Part shown: piece after piece, positions 20,512-30,843 of the stretch
Numbering within the stretch: the stretch's first letter is position 1
Layout: each line of letters begins with the position of its first letter
Virus record (IMG/VR): IMGVR_UViG_3300024255_000002
Origin: a virus
Length of the DNA stretch: 64,000 bases
Strand: one strand, 5' to 3'
The notes under the pieces: model-generated
What the model was told of the DNA's origin: nothing
The model's database searches: none
Seen by the model: only the letters and a program-made list of their open reading frames with translations
Made by a program: the position numbers and the translations under genes

Positions 20512-22419
20512 ATGGCATTTCAAGTTTCACCAGGTGTTCTTGTAAAAGAAAAAGATTTGACAAATGTTATACCGGCAGTAGCAACATCTATTGGTGCTTA
20601 CGCAGGTGATTTCACAAAGGGTCCCGTTGATGAAATCGTTACTATTACTTCAGAGAAGCAACTAGTAGCAACATTTGGAAAACCTAACTCGGATAACTTT
20701 GAGCACTTTTTTAGTGCTGCTAGTTTCCTAAGTTACTCAAATAATCTTAGAATTGTACGAGCAACAAATACTGGTCTATTAAACGCAACTGCTGAGACAG
20801 GTGGTTTACTAGTAAAAAACACAGATGATTACCAAACAAACTTCCAAGATGGTCAAGGTTCAGTAGGACTTTGGGCTGCAAGAACTGGTGGTGCATGGGG
20901 TAATGGTCTAAAAATTTCAATGTGTCCAAGTGCTTCAGTATATGAAGAACTTGCTAAAACAACAGTAGCAAGTTCAGACTTAGCTGTTGCTGACACTACA
21001 ATAACATTAGCAGACGCTACAGGATTTAATGTAGGCGATATAGTTAATTTTGGTGAAGACGGTGGTTACGAATACAGAGTAACTTCTATTTCAACAAATG
21101 ATATTACTATCGTTAGACATCCATCAGGCGTTGGTGGACTACACACAGTAGTTGCTAACGGCGCTTCAGTAAGAAGAAGATGGAGATACTATGACCTAGT
21201 AAGTGCTGCTCCAGGAACATCAGCGTATGCTTCAGAGAGAAATGGATCAAATGATGAAATTCACATCGTAGTTATAGACGAAGATGGGGATATTTCAGGT
21301 GCATTAGGTTCAGTATTAGAAGTGTATGATGCTGTTTCAGTTGCTTCAGACGCAAAAACTCCACAAGGAGATACTAACTATTATAGAGATGTAATATTCG
21401 CTAGATCAGAATATATCTATTGGATGGATCATCACGCTAGTGGTACTAATTGGGGTTCTGCTGTTTTAAATACAACTTTCACAAGTGTAACAACATTATC
21501 AGATATTAGTTTGACTAACGGTGCTGATGGCACAACTGCTACTATCGGACAAATGAAAACTGCTTATGAGAAGTTCCAAGATACAGAATCAGTTGATGTA
21601 AATTTAATCATCGCTGGTCCTTGTTCATCTGCTCATATTGATAACTTAATCACAGTTGCTGAAGAAAGAAAAGACGCTATGGTTTTTGCTTCTCCAGAAA
21701 GAAGTGATGTTGTCAATGTTACTAACACTAACACAGCAACTTCAAATATTGTTTCATTCTTTAACAATATCAGATCATCATCTTATGTAGTTTTCGATAG
21801 TGGTTACAAATACACTTACGACAAATACAATGATGTATTCAGATATGTTCCATTAAACGGAGACATCGCTGGATTATGTGCTAGAACTGATCTAGTGGCA
21901 GATTCATGGTTCTCTCCTGCTGGATTAAACAGAGGAAATATTAGAGGCGCTGTAAAACTTGCTTTCAATCCTAATAAAATTGAAAGAGATCAGTTATACA
22001 GAGCAAGAATAAATCCCGTTGTTTCATTCCCAGGACAAGGAACAGTATTGTTTGGAGACAAAACAGGACTATCAAAAGCTAGTGCATTTGACAGAATCAA
22101 TGTAAGAAGATTGTTTATCGTATTAGAGAAGGCAATCTCAACTGCTTCTAAATTTCAATTATTTGAGTTTAACGATGAGTTTACTAGAGCACAATTTAGA
22201 AACATCGCTGAACCATTCCTAAGAGACGTACAAGGTCGAAGAGGAATTACAGACTTCTTGGTTGTTTGTGACGAAACAAATAACACAGGAGATGTAATTG
22301 ATAGAAATGAGTTTAGAGCAGACATTTATGTCAAACCAGCTAGATCAATCAACTTTATAACACTAACTTTCGTTGCGACTAGAACAGGCGTTGCTTTCGA
22401 AGAAGTGGTAGGAGCTTAG
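20512..22419 (+). CDS. gp18: tail sheath protein gp18
   Basis: 'SPGV..KE.D', 'WFSPAG..RG', 'FDRINVRRLF'. Confidence 0.97.
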   Translation: MAFQVSPGVLVKEKDLTNVIPAVATSIGAYAGDFTKGPVDEIVTITSEKQLVATFGKPNSDNFEHFFSAASFLSYSNNLRIVRATNTGLLNATAETGGLLVKNTDDYQTNFQDGQGSVGLWAARTGGAWGNGLKISMCPSASVYEELAKTTVASSDLAVADTTITLADATGFNVGDIVNFGEDGGYEYRVTSISTNDITIVRHPSGVGGLHTVVANGASVRRRWRYYDLVSAAPGTSAYASERNGSNDEIHIVVIDEDGDISGALGSVLEVYDAVSVASDAKTPQGDTNYYRDVIFARSEYIYWMDHHASGTNWGSAVLNTTFTSVTTLSDISLTNGADGTTATIGQMKTAYEKFQDTESVDVNLIIAGPCSSAHIDNLITVAEERKDAMVFASPERSDVVNVTNTNTATSNIVSFFNNIRSSSYVVFDSGYKYTYDKYNDVFRYVPLNGDIAGLCARTDLVADSWFSPAGLNRGNIRGAVKLAFNPNKIERDQLYRARINPVVSFPGQGTVLFGDKTGLSKASAFDRINVRRLFIVLEKAISTASKFQLFEFNDEFTRAQFRNIAEPFLRDVQGRRGITDFLVVCDETNNTGDVIDRNEFRADIYVKPARSINFITLTFVATRTGVAFEEVVGA

Positions 22420-22429
22420 GAGGATAATT

Positions 22430-22957
22430 ATGCCAAGTATTAATGATTTTAAAGCTAGATTAAAAGGTGGCGGAGCTCGTCCTAATCAGTTTAGAGTTAC
22501 TCTACCATTTCCTGGATTTGCAGCTATCGGTGCTGAGACAGAGACTATGTCTTATCTTTGTACTTCAACTAGTTTGCCAGGGATGACTATTGGAGAAATT
22601 GCTGTTCCATTTAGAGGAAGAGAGTTATATGTTGCAGGTGAAAGAACATTTGCTACATGGACTACTACAATTCTAAACGATAGTGATTTCTTAGTAAGAA
22701 ACGCTTACGAAAGATGGATGAATGGTATCAACAACATGTCAGATAACGAAGGATTAACAAATCCATCTGACTACCAAGTTGACGCTTTCATTGATCAATT
22801 AGATAGAAGTGGAAATGTTATTAAGTCATACACGTTTAGAGGTATGTTCCCAACATCAATAGATGATATTGGATTGGGATATGATCAAAACAATGCTATC
22901 GAGGAGTTCACAGCAACTCATAGATATCAATATTTTGAAACAAATACTACAACTTAA
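22430..22957 (+). CDS. gp19: tail tube protein gp19
   Basis: 'GGARPNQF', 'FRGR', 'W...I.ND', 'FPT'. Confidence 0.95.
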   Translation: MPSINDFKARLKGGGARPNQFRVTLPFPGFAAIGAETETMSYLCTSTSLPGMTIGEIAVPFRGRELYVAGERTFATWTTTILNDSDFLVRNAYERWMNGINNMSDNEGLTNPSDYQVDAFIDQLDRSGNVIKSYTFRGMFPTSIDDIGLGYDQNNAIEEFTATHRYQYFETNTTT

Positions 22958-22977
22958 TACAGATTAAGTGATTATGG

Positions 22978-23003
22978 GGGCGCTTTTAGCGCCCTTATAA
23001 ATA
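22978..23003 (+). terminator. GC hairpin after gp19 abutting the late promoter for gp20
   Basis: gggcgct-ttt-agcgccc, then TATAAATA at 22996-23003. Confidence 0.6.
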
Positions 23004-23035
23004 AAAGTATATATAATGTTAAAAAGGAGTATTAA

Positions 23036-24550
23036 ATGGCTGAATTATTTGGATTCAAAATAGAACGATTAGGTAGTAAAGAAACTGATCCAAGACAAAA
23101 TATAGTACCACCTCAAGCAGACGATGGCACACAAGTTGTTCCTGCTGGTGGTTTTTTTGCGTCTTATGGCGGATTTGAACAAGGTACAAGAAACGAATTA
23201 GATTTAATAAGAAGATACAGAGAAGTTGCTCTACATCCTGAATGTGATAGTGCTGTTGAGGATATAGTATCAGAGTCAATTGTATCTAATGAGAATCAAC
23301 AATCAGTTCAACTTGATTTATCAAAAGTTGAATATACAGACGCAATCAAAAAGAAAATAAGAGAATCGTTTAAAGATGTTTTAAATCTTTTAAACTTTGA
23401 TATTAAAGGGCATGACATCTTTAGAAGATGGTATGTTGATGGAAGAGTTTACTTTCATAAAATTATAGACAAAGATTCTCCAAGATTGGGTATAACAGAA
23501 TTAAGATATATTGATCCTAGAAAGATCAAAAAGATAAGAGAAGTAAGAAAACAAAGAACAGATGGCGTTCCAAGTTCATTTGCATTTGAAAATAAGTTCC
23601 AAGAGTATTATATCTTTAACGAAAAAGGAATACATCCAACTTCAACAACTAACACAGGTGGGTTGAGAATTGCCACAGATGCCATTTCATATTGTCCATC
23701 TGGATTAGTAGATCAATCACAAAATCAAGTTTTATCTTACTTGCATAAAGCAATTAAACCAGTTAATCAATTAAGAATGATTGAAGACGCTGTTGTTATT
23801 TACAGAATTGCAAGAGCACCTGAAAGAAGAATATTTTATATTGATGTAGGTAACTTACCTAAAATCAAGGCCGAACAATATCTAAGAGATGTTATGGCAA
23901 GATATAGAAATAAAATGGTTTATGATGCTTCTACTGGAGAAATCAGAGATGATAGAAATCAGATGAGTATGTTAGAAGATTTTTGGTTACCTCGTAGAGA
24001 AGGTGGTAGAGGAACTGAAATTACTACATTACCTGGTGGTCAAAACTTAGGACAAATAGAAGATATAGAATATTTCCAAAAGAAATTATATAGATCATTA
24101 AATGTTCCAATTAGTAGATTAGAAAGTGGATCAGGATTTAATTTAGGAAGAGCTGCTGAAATTAGTAGAGATGAAGTTAAGTTTACTAAATTCATTGGCA
24201 GACTAAGAAAAAAATTCTGTATGTTATTCCATGATTTATTAAAAACACAATTAATTCTAAAAGGTGTTATTGCACCTGAGGAATGGGATGTGTTACAAGG
24301 TAACATTACATACAATTTCTTACAAGATGGATATTTTGCTGAACTAAAAAATTCAGAAATGTTAGCTGCTAGATTAAATCTAGTTAGAGACGTAGAACAA
24401 TATGTTGGTAAATATTTCTCACATGAGTATATTAGAACTAAGATATTAAAACAAAACGAACTAGAACAAGCAGAAATAGATCAACAAATTAAATCTGAGG
24501 CACCAGAACAACCACAACAAGAAGTGCCACAGGATAATAAAGGAGAATAA
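23036..24550 (+). CDS. gp20: portal protein gp20
   Basis: 'WYVDGR', 'RAPERRIFYIDVGNLP', 'EDFWLPRREGGRGTEI'. Confidence 0.97.
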   Translation: MAELFGFKIERLGSKETDPRQNIVPPQADDGTQVVPAGGFFASYGGFEQGTRNELDLIRRYREVALHPECDSAVEDIVSESIVSNENQQSVQLDLSKVEYTDAIKKKIRESFKDVLNLLNFDIKGHDIFRRWYVDGRVYFHKIIDKDSPRLGITELRYIDPRKIKKIREVRKQRTDGVPSSFAFENKFQEYYIFNEKGIHPTSTTNTGGLRIATDAISYCPSGLVDQSQNQVLSYLHKAIKPVNQLRMIEDAVVIYRIARAPERRIFYIDVGNLPKIKAEQYLRDVMARYRNKMVYDASTGEIRDDRNQMSMLEDFWLPRREGGRGTEITTLPGGQNLGQIEDIEYFQKKLYRSLNVPISRLESGSGFNLGRAAEISRDEVKFTKFIGRLRKKFCMLFHDLLKTQLILKGVIAPEEWDVLQGNITYNFLQDGYFAELKNSEMLAARLNLVRDVEQYVGKYFSHEYIRTKILKQNELEQAEIDQQIKSEAPEQPQQEVPQDNKGE

Positions 24551-24552
24551 TT

Positions 24553-24777
24553 ATGAGTAAAGATGATATTAAAAAATTTGTAAATTCAGTCGTAGATAAC
24601 GATAACATACAAGCACAAAAAGACTTTGCAGCTGCTGTATCAGATAAGATCGGATCAGCAATCGATGCCCAAAAACAAGAAGTCGGTAGATCAATGTTTA
24701 CAGGACAACAAGGTGTTGGCGCTCCAGAAGCAAATGTTTTTAGTGGAGGTAATATAGAAGGATCAACAGATGGTTAA
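24553..24777 (+). CDS. prohead core protein (gp67-like by position)
   Basis: Small ORF directly after portal, as in T4-like phages. Confidence 0.55.
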   Translation: MSKDDIKKFVNSVVDNDNIQAQKDFAAAVSDKIGSAIDAQKQEVGRSMFTGQQGVGAPEANVFSGGNIEGSTDG

Positions 24778-25027
24778 GACGTTCAGTAAATTTAAAGATG
24801 ATATTATAACTGAAACAAATGACTATAAGAGAACTAGGCAATATAACAAATTGAATCCTAGATTAAAACAAGCAGTAGATATGGTGTTTAAAGCCGCTGA
24901 TAAAGGTGGTGACGTTATTTCAAACTTTGAAAAAAATGTTAATACTGCTTCTAAGAAATTCAATGTTAAAGTAGATGACTTGATGGATTATTTTGATAAA
25001 GAAACACTAACCATTTTAAGGAGATAG
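24770..25027 (+). CDS. small head-associated/internal protein
   Basis: In head operon; N-terminus 'MVKTFSKFKDDIITE' resembles a capsid-targeting peptide with an IxE cleavage site. Confidence 0.5.
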   Translation: MVKTFSKFKDDIITETNDYKRTRQYNKLNPRLKQAVDMVFKAADKGGDVISNFEKNVNTASKKFNVKVDDLMDYFDKETLTILRR

Positions 25028-25028
25028 T

Positions 25029-26204
25029 ATGGCGTTCACAAGAGTTCCTGGATCGGGAGTACCTCCTGCTGTAGCTTATTATAATGATAGCGATAGTTTT
25101 ACTATTGCAGGTTCAAATTTAAATCCTCCTACTACTCAATCTGTTTTTAATGCTTTACTTTTTAATCCCGATGGAACAAAAATGTACACATTAGGATATA
25201 CTCATGGATATGGAGGAGATAAAGACCTCTTTCAATACACATTGTCAACTCCTTTTGATGTATCAACTGCTTCAGCTTCAGTTAATGATTATATTGAAGT
25301 TGGAGAATGGTCCAAAGATAACGTGGATGTGAGATTTAATAACGATGGAACAAAGCTTTTTGTTCTTTATGAAGCTAGTACTCAAAATCATCGAAGTAGA
25401 GTGTATCAATACACTTTAAGTGTTCCTTACGATATTACCAGCACTGTAACAGCAGGTTCCTCTTTAATAATAGGGGATCAGTATGATGAATTTTCAGCAA
25501 TTCTATTTAATCCTGATGGTACAAAGATGTTTGCTAGTAGGTATGGGTATATATACAAATATACTTTAAATACTCCTTTTGTTCCTACAACTGTTACAAA
25601 TACAGACAAAAGTTTTTTTCTACCCACTACAATCACTGGTATGCAATTTAATAATGATGGTACAAAGTTATTTACAGTTTATCAAGCAAGAACAATTGGT
25701 ACTAAAGCAACAATAACAGAGTGGGCATTGTCAACTGCTTATGATCCTACAACTGCAATACAACCTGCAACTGCTACCTTTATAACTGATGAAACTACAA
25801 ATGCTAATGGTGAAGTTCCTCTTCAATTTATGACTTTTAACAATAATGGAACAAAATTCTTTAGTTTTAACGGTACTAATGGAGATATTAATGGTGGATT
25901 AGCAAAAATTAAAGAATGGAATCTAGCTTCAGCTTTTAGTATGTCAAGTTCTTCTTCAGGATCATCAGGATCAGCTTCTGGTCCTTGGGAATACGATGAT
26001 ACTGCTACAGAATCAGATACTTATCCTGGATCAACTAGAGGTGCAAATATAACTATTTCTGGTGGTGTAAAAACGTATATAAAACCAGTGTCAGGAACAG
26101 CAGAACAAGTTTATATTAGTACAAGAAAACTTGGTGAAACTAAAAATCGTGGCGAATTATCTAAAACTTTTTATGATGCTCAAAACGCTAAAGGAAGACC
26201 ATAA
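25029..26204 (+). CDS. head-operon protein with beta-propeller repeats and Ser/Gly linker
   Basis: Five FN(P/N)(D/N)GTK(M/L/F) repeats, followed by (Y/W)xL motifs; SSSSSGSSGSASG linker. Confidence 0.65.
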   Translation: MAFTRVPGSGVPPAVAYYNDSDSFTIAGSNLNPPTTQSVFNALLFNPDGTKMYTLGYTHGYGGDKDLFQYTLSTPFDVSTASASVNDYIEVGEWSKDNVDVRFNNDGTKLFVLYEASTQNHRSRVYQYTLSVPYDITSTVTAGSSLIIGDQYDEFSAILFNPDGTKMFASRYGYIYKYTLNTPFVPTTVTNTDKSFFLPTTITGMQFNNDGTKLFTVYQARTIGTKATITEWALSTAYDPTTAIQPATATFITDETTNANGEVPLQFMTFNNNGTKFFSFNGTNGDINGGLAKIKEWNLASAFSMSSSSSGSSGSASGPWEYDDTATESDTYPGSTRGANITISGGVKTYIKPVSGTAEQVYISTRKLGETKNRGELSKTFYDAQNAKGRP

Positions 26205-26274
26205 AACACACTTTTTTGCATTTTAAAGATAAAAAATGTATAAATAGTATTAAGAGAAAAGAGAGATAGGATAC

Positions 26275-26925
26275 ATGAAACTTATTACTGAAGAAATAGA
26301 AAACGCCGAGTACATTATTGAAGAATCAGGTAACGGCAAAAAAAATTACTCTATAAAGGGTGTCTTCATGCAAGCGGACATCAAAAATAAAAACGGTAGA
26401 GTTTATCCTAGAGAGACTCTTCAAAAAGAAATCGCTCGATATACAAGAGAGTTTATCGACAAAAGTAGAGCATTTGGCGAACTAGGTCATCCTGACGGTC
26501 CCACTGTCAACCTAGAAAGAGTATCGCACATGATCAAATCTTTAACTCCAGAAGGAAATAACTTTATAGGAGAGGCGAAAGTCTTAGATACCCCATATGG
26601 AAAAATTGTGAAGTCTTTAATTGATGAGGGTGCAAAACTAGGAGTTTCATCTCGTGGAATGGGAACATTAAAATCATCTAATGGAATGAATGTTGTCAAT
26701 GACGATTTTTATCTTGCTACAGCAGCTGATATAGTTGCAGACCCCAGCGCTCCAGACGCTTTCGTAGAAGGCATTATGGAAGGAAAAGAATGGGTATGGA
26801 ATAATGGAATATTGAGAGAGCAAGAAATGAAAGAATTAAAATTACAGGCAGATAAGAAAATACTAAGAGAAGAACGAGCAAATAAAAATGCTCAAATCTT
26901 TGAGAATTTTCTTAAAAAACTGTAA
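26275..26925 (+). CDS. gp21: prohead protease gp21
   Basis: 'MKLITE', 'NGRVY', 'GELGHP', 'GVSSRG.G', 'D.VADPSAPDA'; late promoter at 26239. Confidence 0.96.
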   Translation: MKLITEEIENAEYIIEESGNGKKNYSIKGVFMQADIKNKNGRVYPRETLQKEIARYTREFIDKSRAFGELGHPDGPTVNLERVSHMIKSLTPEGNNFIGEAKVLDTPYGKIVKSLIDEGAKLGVSSRGMGTLKSSNGMNVVNDDFYLATAADIVADPSAPDAFVEGIMEGKEWVWNNGILREQEMKELKLQADKKILREERANKNAQIFENFLKKL

Positions 26926-26928
26926 TTT

Positions 26929-26965
26929 TATAAATAATAACTGACTCATTCAATTAGAGTGAGTC
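26929..26965 (+). promoter_or_regulatory. late promoter plus 5' leader hairpin of gp22
   Basis: TATAAATA at 26929-36; gactcattc-aatta-gagtgagtc at 26943-65. Confidence 0.65.
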
Positions 26966-27009
26966 TATTATTGCAATAATATAAAGTTAAAATAGAGGAG
27001 ATAAAACCA

Positions 27010-28524
27010 ATGGAAAACGGTAAAAATGAGATCAATGCTCAAGCTGATCTACCTAGAAAACATGCCGCTCCAGCTGAAGCACCTAAATCATTAGCTGCAA
27101 CTGTTCAACAAGTAATGACAAAAGCAATTACTTCACCAACAGATGCTAAACCAGATTTTGCACAAGGCGTTAAACCTGTATCAGGTGACGCACAACAAAA
27201 AAGTGCAGGTGCTGCTGATGCTATGAAGTCACTTCAAGCACAAGCGGATGCTGAAATCAAAAAAGAAACTTCTTACGAGTCTGAAGACAAAGAGAAAAAA
27301 CACGAAGGCAAAGAAGAAGTTAAAGAAACAGAAGCTGAAACTAAAGACAAAGAAGACGTTAAAAAAGAAGAAAAAGAGGAGAAAAAAGAAGAATTATCTC
27401 CTGCTCAGAAAAAACTTCCTGACGCTTTACAAAAGGCAATCGCTAAAAAAGACGAATCTGCTGACGAGAAAAAAGATGTAAAAGAAGAAGAAGAAAAAGA
27501 GAAAAAAGAAGAAGACGAAAAGAAAAAAGAAGTTTCGGAATCTGAAGAAGATAAAGAAAAAAAAGAAGAAGACGAAAAGAAAAAAGATGAAATCAAAGAA
27601 GAAGATGAGAAAAAAGTAATTCAGGCTGCTAAAGAATATATGAAAGACTCAAGTTGTTCATATAAAGAAGCTGCTGAGAAATACGGTTGCTCTGAATCTG
27701 AAGTTAAAAAACAAGTAGAGTCTATGGAAAAAGAAATGGACGAAGCAGATGAAAAAGAAGTTAAAAAAGAAACTGCACAGGACAAAGTAAAAGACATGGA
27801 TATGAAAGAAGATGTAGCTGCTCTAACTGATGGTGAAAACCTATCGGAAGAGTTCAAACAAAAAGCTGCAACTATTTTCGAATCTGCTGTTAAAGCAAAA
27901 CTTGTAGATGAAATCGAAAAATTAGAAGCAGACTACGATAAAAAAGTCGAAAAGAAAAAAGACGAAGTCAAAGAAGAAATCGTTGACAAAGTAGATGCTT
28001 ATCTAAATTACGTTGTTGAATCTTGGATGAAAGACAACGAACTGGCTATCGAAAAAGGTCTTAGAAATGAAATTACTGAGGAATTTATCGGTGGACTTAA
28101 AAACCTATTTGAAACTCATTACATCAACGTACCGCAAGAGAAGTATGATGTATTAGAGAATCAATCTGCTGAAATTAATTCATTAAAAGATAAACTTAAT
28201 GAATCAATTGAAAAGAACGTTGAGTTAAATCAGAAAATAAATGAATTTGCTAGAGAAGACATCATTAATGATGTTGCTTCTGACTTGGCAGAAACTGAAT
28301 CTGAAAAACTTAAAGGTTTAGCAGAAAGTATTGAGTATAAAGACGCTGGTAGTTTTAGAAAAAGTGTTGAGACATTAAAAAACTCATACTACCCTAAAGC
28401 AAAAGCGAAAGATACTGAATCTAATGTCGTAGCAGAAAACAATCAGACTGTTGATTTATCTGAATCAATGGCTGCCTACACTGCTGCTATTAGTAAACAA
28501 AGAAAGAATCCTTACGATAAGTAA
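27010..28524 (+). CDS. gp22: prohead scaffolding protein gp22 with long E/K-rich N-terminal extension
   Basis: 'LSEEFK.KA.TIFE.AV', 'YL.YVVE.WM..N.LA', 'M.AY..AI'; between gp21 and gp23. Confidence 0.93.
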   Translation: MENGKNEINAQADLPRKHAAPAEAPKSLAATVQQVMTKAITSPTDAKPDFAQGVKPVSGDAQQKSAGAADAMKSLQAQADAEIKKETSYESEDKEKKHEGKEEVKETEAETKDKEDVKKEEKEEKKEELSPAQKKLPDALQKAIAKKDESADEKKDVKEEEEKEKKEEDEKKKEVSESEEDKEKKEEDEKKKDEIKEEDEKKVIQAAKEYMKDSSCSYKEAAEKYGCSESEVKKQVESMEKEMDEADEKEVKKETAQDKVKDMDMKEDVAALTDGENLSEEFKQKAATIFESAVKAKLVDEIEKLEADYDKKVEKKKDEVKEEIVDKVDAYLNYVVESWMKDNELAIEKGLRNEITEEFIGGLKNLFETHYINVPQEKYDVLENQSAEINSLKDKLNESIEKNVELNQKINEFAREDIINDVASDLAETESEKLKGLAESIEYKDAGSFRKSVETLKNSYYPKAKAKDTESNVVAENNQTVDLSESMAAYTAAISKQRKNPYDK

Positions 28525-28527
28525 GGG

Positions 28528-28545
28528 TTTAGTTAATTAACTAAA
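28528..28545 (+). promoter_or_regulatory. perfect 18-bp palindrome immediately 5' of the gp23 SD
   Basis: tttagttaattaactaaa followed by aggaga. Confidence 0.45.
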
Positions 28546-28561
28546 AAGGAGAGATAGAAAA

Positions 28562-29911
28562 ATGTTTTTATCTGAATCAATACAACAGAAGTGGCAGCCC
28601 GTTTTGGACCATCCTGATCTTCCAGAAGTGAAGAACAGTTACAAAAGAGCCGTAACTTCAGTTATTTTAGAAAACCAAGAAAAGTCGTTAAAAGAAGACG
28701 CTGCTTTCTTATCAGAGTCAGCACCTACTAACGCTACTGGTTCTTCTATTCAAAATTGGAATCCTATCTTAATTAGTCTAGTAAGAAGAGCAATGCCTAA
28801 CCTTATCGCTTACGATATCGCTGGTGTTCAACCTATGTCAGGACCAACTGGTTTGATATTTGCTATGAGAAGCAGATACAACAGCCAATCTGGCGGTGAA
28901 GCTCTTTTTGACGAAGCTGATTCTGATTTTTCTGGCAGAAACAAAGCCGGTTCATCAGTAGATGGATTTTCATCAACAGACCACAGTGGAACTAATCCAT
29001 CTGTACTTAACGACTCATCACCAGGAACTTACACACAAGGTACTGGTATGACTACAGCTGCTGCTGAAGCTCTAGGAGATGCCGCTGGTAACTCTTTTGC
29101 TGAAATGGCATTCTCAATTGAGAAATCAACTGTAACTGCTAAAAGCAGAGCGTTAAAAGCAGAATACACAATGGAACTTGCTCAAGACTTAAAAGCAATC
29201 CATGGTTTAGACGCTGAAACAGAATTATCAAACATCTTATCTGCTGAAATCTTAGCTGAAATCAACAGAGAAGTAGTAAGATCAGTTTATATTACTGCTG
29301 AAAAAGGTGCTTCTGATAACAATGGTAACGCTGTAAACACTACTTCGGAAGGTATCTTTGATTTAGATACTGACTCAAACGGTAGATGGTCAGTTGAGAG
29401 ATTCAAAGGTCTTATGTTCCAATTGGAAAGAGACGCTAATGCAATCGCTCAAAGAACAAGAAGAGGAAAAGGTAATATAATCATTTGCTCATCTGATGTT
29501 GCTTCTGCACTTCAAATGGCTGGTGTTTTAGATTACACTCCTGCTCTTAACAACAACTTAAACGTTGATGATACTGGAAACACTTTCGCTGGTGTATTAA
29601 ATGGTAAATATAAAGTTTACATTGATCCATACAGTGCAAACCAATCTGGTAAACAATTCTACGTTGTGGGTTACAAAGGAACTTCACCATACGATGCTGG
29701 TATGTTCTATTGCCCATATGTACCACTTCAGATGGTAAGAGCTGTTGGCCAAGACACTTTCCAACCAAAAATTGGTTTCAAAACTAGATACGGTTTAGTT
29801 GCGAACCCATTTGCTGGTGCAGCTGCTGACGGTAATATTACTGTTGACGGTATTGGAAATGCTAACGCTAACAGATACTACAGACGTGTTCAAGTTGCGA
29901 ACATTATGTAA
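28562..29911 (+). CDS. gp23: major capsid protein gp23
   Basis: 'LVRR.MPNLIAYD..GVQPM.GPTG.IFA', 'AKSRALKAEYT.ELAQDLKAIHG', 'FQPKIGFKTRYG'. Confidence 0.98.
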   Translation: MFLSESIQQKWQPVLDHPDLPEVKNSYKRAVTSVILENQEKSLKEDAAFLSESAPTNATGSSIQNWNPILISLVRRAMPNLIAYDIAGVQPMSGPTGLIFAMRSRYNSQSGGEALFDEADSDFSGRNKAGSSVDGFSSTDHSGTNPSVLNDSSPGTYTQGTGMTTAAAEALGDAAGNSFAEMAFSIEKSTVTAKSRALKAEYTMELAQDLKAIHGLDAETELSNILSAEILAEINREVVRSVYITAEKGASDNNGNAVNTTSEGIFDLDTDSNGRWSVERFKGLMFQLERDANAIAQRTRRGKGNIIICSSDVASALQMAGVLDYTPALNNNLNVDDTGNTFAGVLNGKYKVYIDPYSANQSGKQFYVVGYKGTSPYDAGMFYCPYVPLQMVRAVGQDTFQPKIGFKTRYGLVANPFAGAAADGNITVDGIGNANANRYYRRVQVANIM

Positions 29912-29936
29912 TATTTGTTAAATACAAATTTAAAAG

Positions 29937-29965
29937 AGGGCGATGTAAAAGTCGCCCTTTTTTTT
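29937..29965 (+). terminator. Rho-independent terminator after gp23
   Basis: agggcga-tgtaaaag-tcgccct followed by a T run. Confidence 0.85.
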
Positions 29966-29983
29966 GGCCTTATAAATAAAAGT

Positions 29984-30217
29984 ATGAAAACACCATTTAA
30001 AGAACTTTTAGGCATACTCGTAGTAGGTGCCTTTCTTACGTTAGTTGCACATGGATTAAAATACTTAAATCCAGAACCTAATATATTAGAAGAATTAGAA
30101 GAAAAAATAGAAAAAGTACAACAAAAAGAAATCATATTAACTGAATCTGAAAAAGAACTTGAAAAGAAATCTGCTGAAAAAGAGTGGCAAGAAGTAGATA
30201 AAGAAACAGATAAATAG
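29984..30217 (+). CDS. small membrane-anchored coiled-coil protein (start revised to 29984)
   Basis: The track start at 29915 runs through the terminator; TATAAATA 29971-78 lies 5 nt before ATG 29984; hydrophobic N-terminal helix. Confidence 0.65.
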   Translation: MKTPFKELLGILVVGAFLTLVAHGLKYLNPEPNILEELEEKIEKVQQKEIILTESEKELEKKSAEKEWQEVDKETDK

Positions 30218-30221
30218 TAGT

Positions 30222-30818
30222 ATGACAAAACTAAACGCATTTGCTAGACAGCCATCGACTTACGACTTTGCAAGTCCTATACAATTTAAGTTTTCAATTG
30301 TTAAAATGCCATTGCTTAACTTTTTTTGTACATCGGTAAACTTGCCAGGTATATCAATAACACCACCTGAACAATCAACATCTTTAAAGGATATTCCCAT
30401 TCCTGGTGATAAGGTTGTTTTTGCTGAACTAAATTTGACTTTTATGGTCGATGAAAAATATGAAAACTATAGACAACTGCAAGACTGGATAACTGGTAAA
30501 GGTTTTCCTAAAGAACACGCACAGTTCAGAAATTATGCAAAAAGTAATGCTGATTTATTTCCTACTAGTGCTGATGCTGGATATAGTACTGAGGTTGGTA
30601 AAGTTTCAAAACCTGTACAAGATATAGGATTTTTATATTCTGATGCTGAATTAACTTTTACTACTAGTAAAAACAATCCCACTGTAAGGGCAAAATTTAC
30701 AGATTTATTTCCTACATCTTTGAGTGGATTAAACTACACAACCCAGGCAACTGATGTGGACTATTTGTCGTGTGATGCTACATTTCAATACGGCATATAC
30801 GAATTAGAAACATTATAA
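30222..30818 (+). CDS. gp3: tail completion / tube terminator gp3
   Basis: 'F.F.I...P...FFC..VNLPGI', 'L...F.VDE..ENY', 'FPTSLSG', 'ATF.Y'. Confidence 0.85.
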   Translation: MTKLNAFARQPSTYDFASPIQFKFSIVKMPLLNFFCTSVNLPGISITPPEQSTSLKDIPIPGDKVVFAELNLTFMVDEKYENYRQLQDWITGKGFPKEHAQFRNYAKSNADLFPTSADAGYSTEVGKVSKPVQDIGFLYSDAELTFTTSKNNPTVRAKFTDLFPTSLSGLNYTTQATDVDYLSCDATFQYGIYELETL

Positions 30819-30843
30819 ATATTTTATATTATAGGAGTATATT

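Noticed and set aside
27248-27857. K/L-rich and F/S-rich ORFs overlapping gp22
   Set aside because: Frame artefacts of the GAA/AAA low-complexity tract.
29915-29983. Track start of the 100-aa ORF at 29915
   Set aside because: It runs through the gp23 terminator and a late promoter; ATG 29984 fits better.
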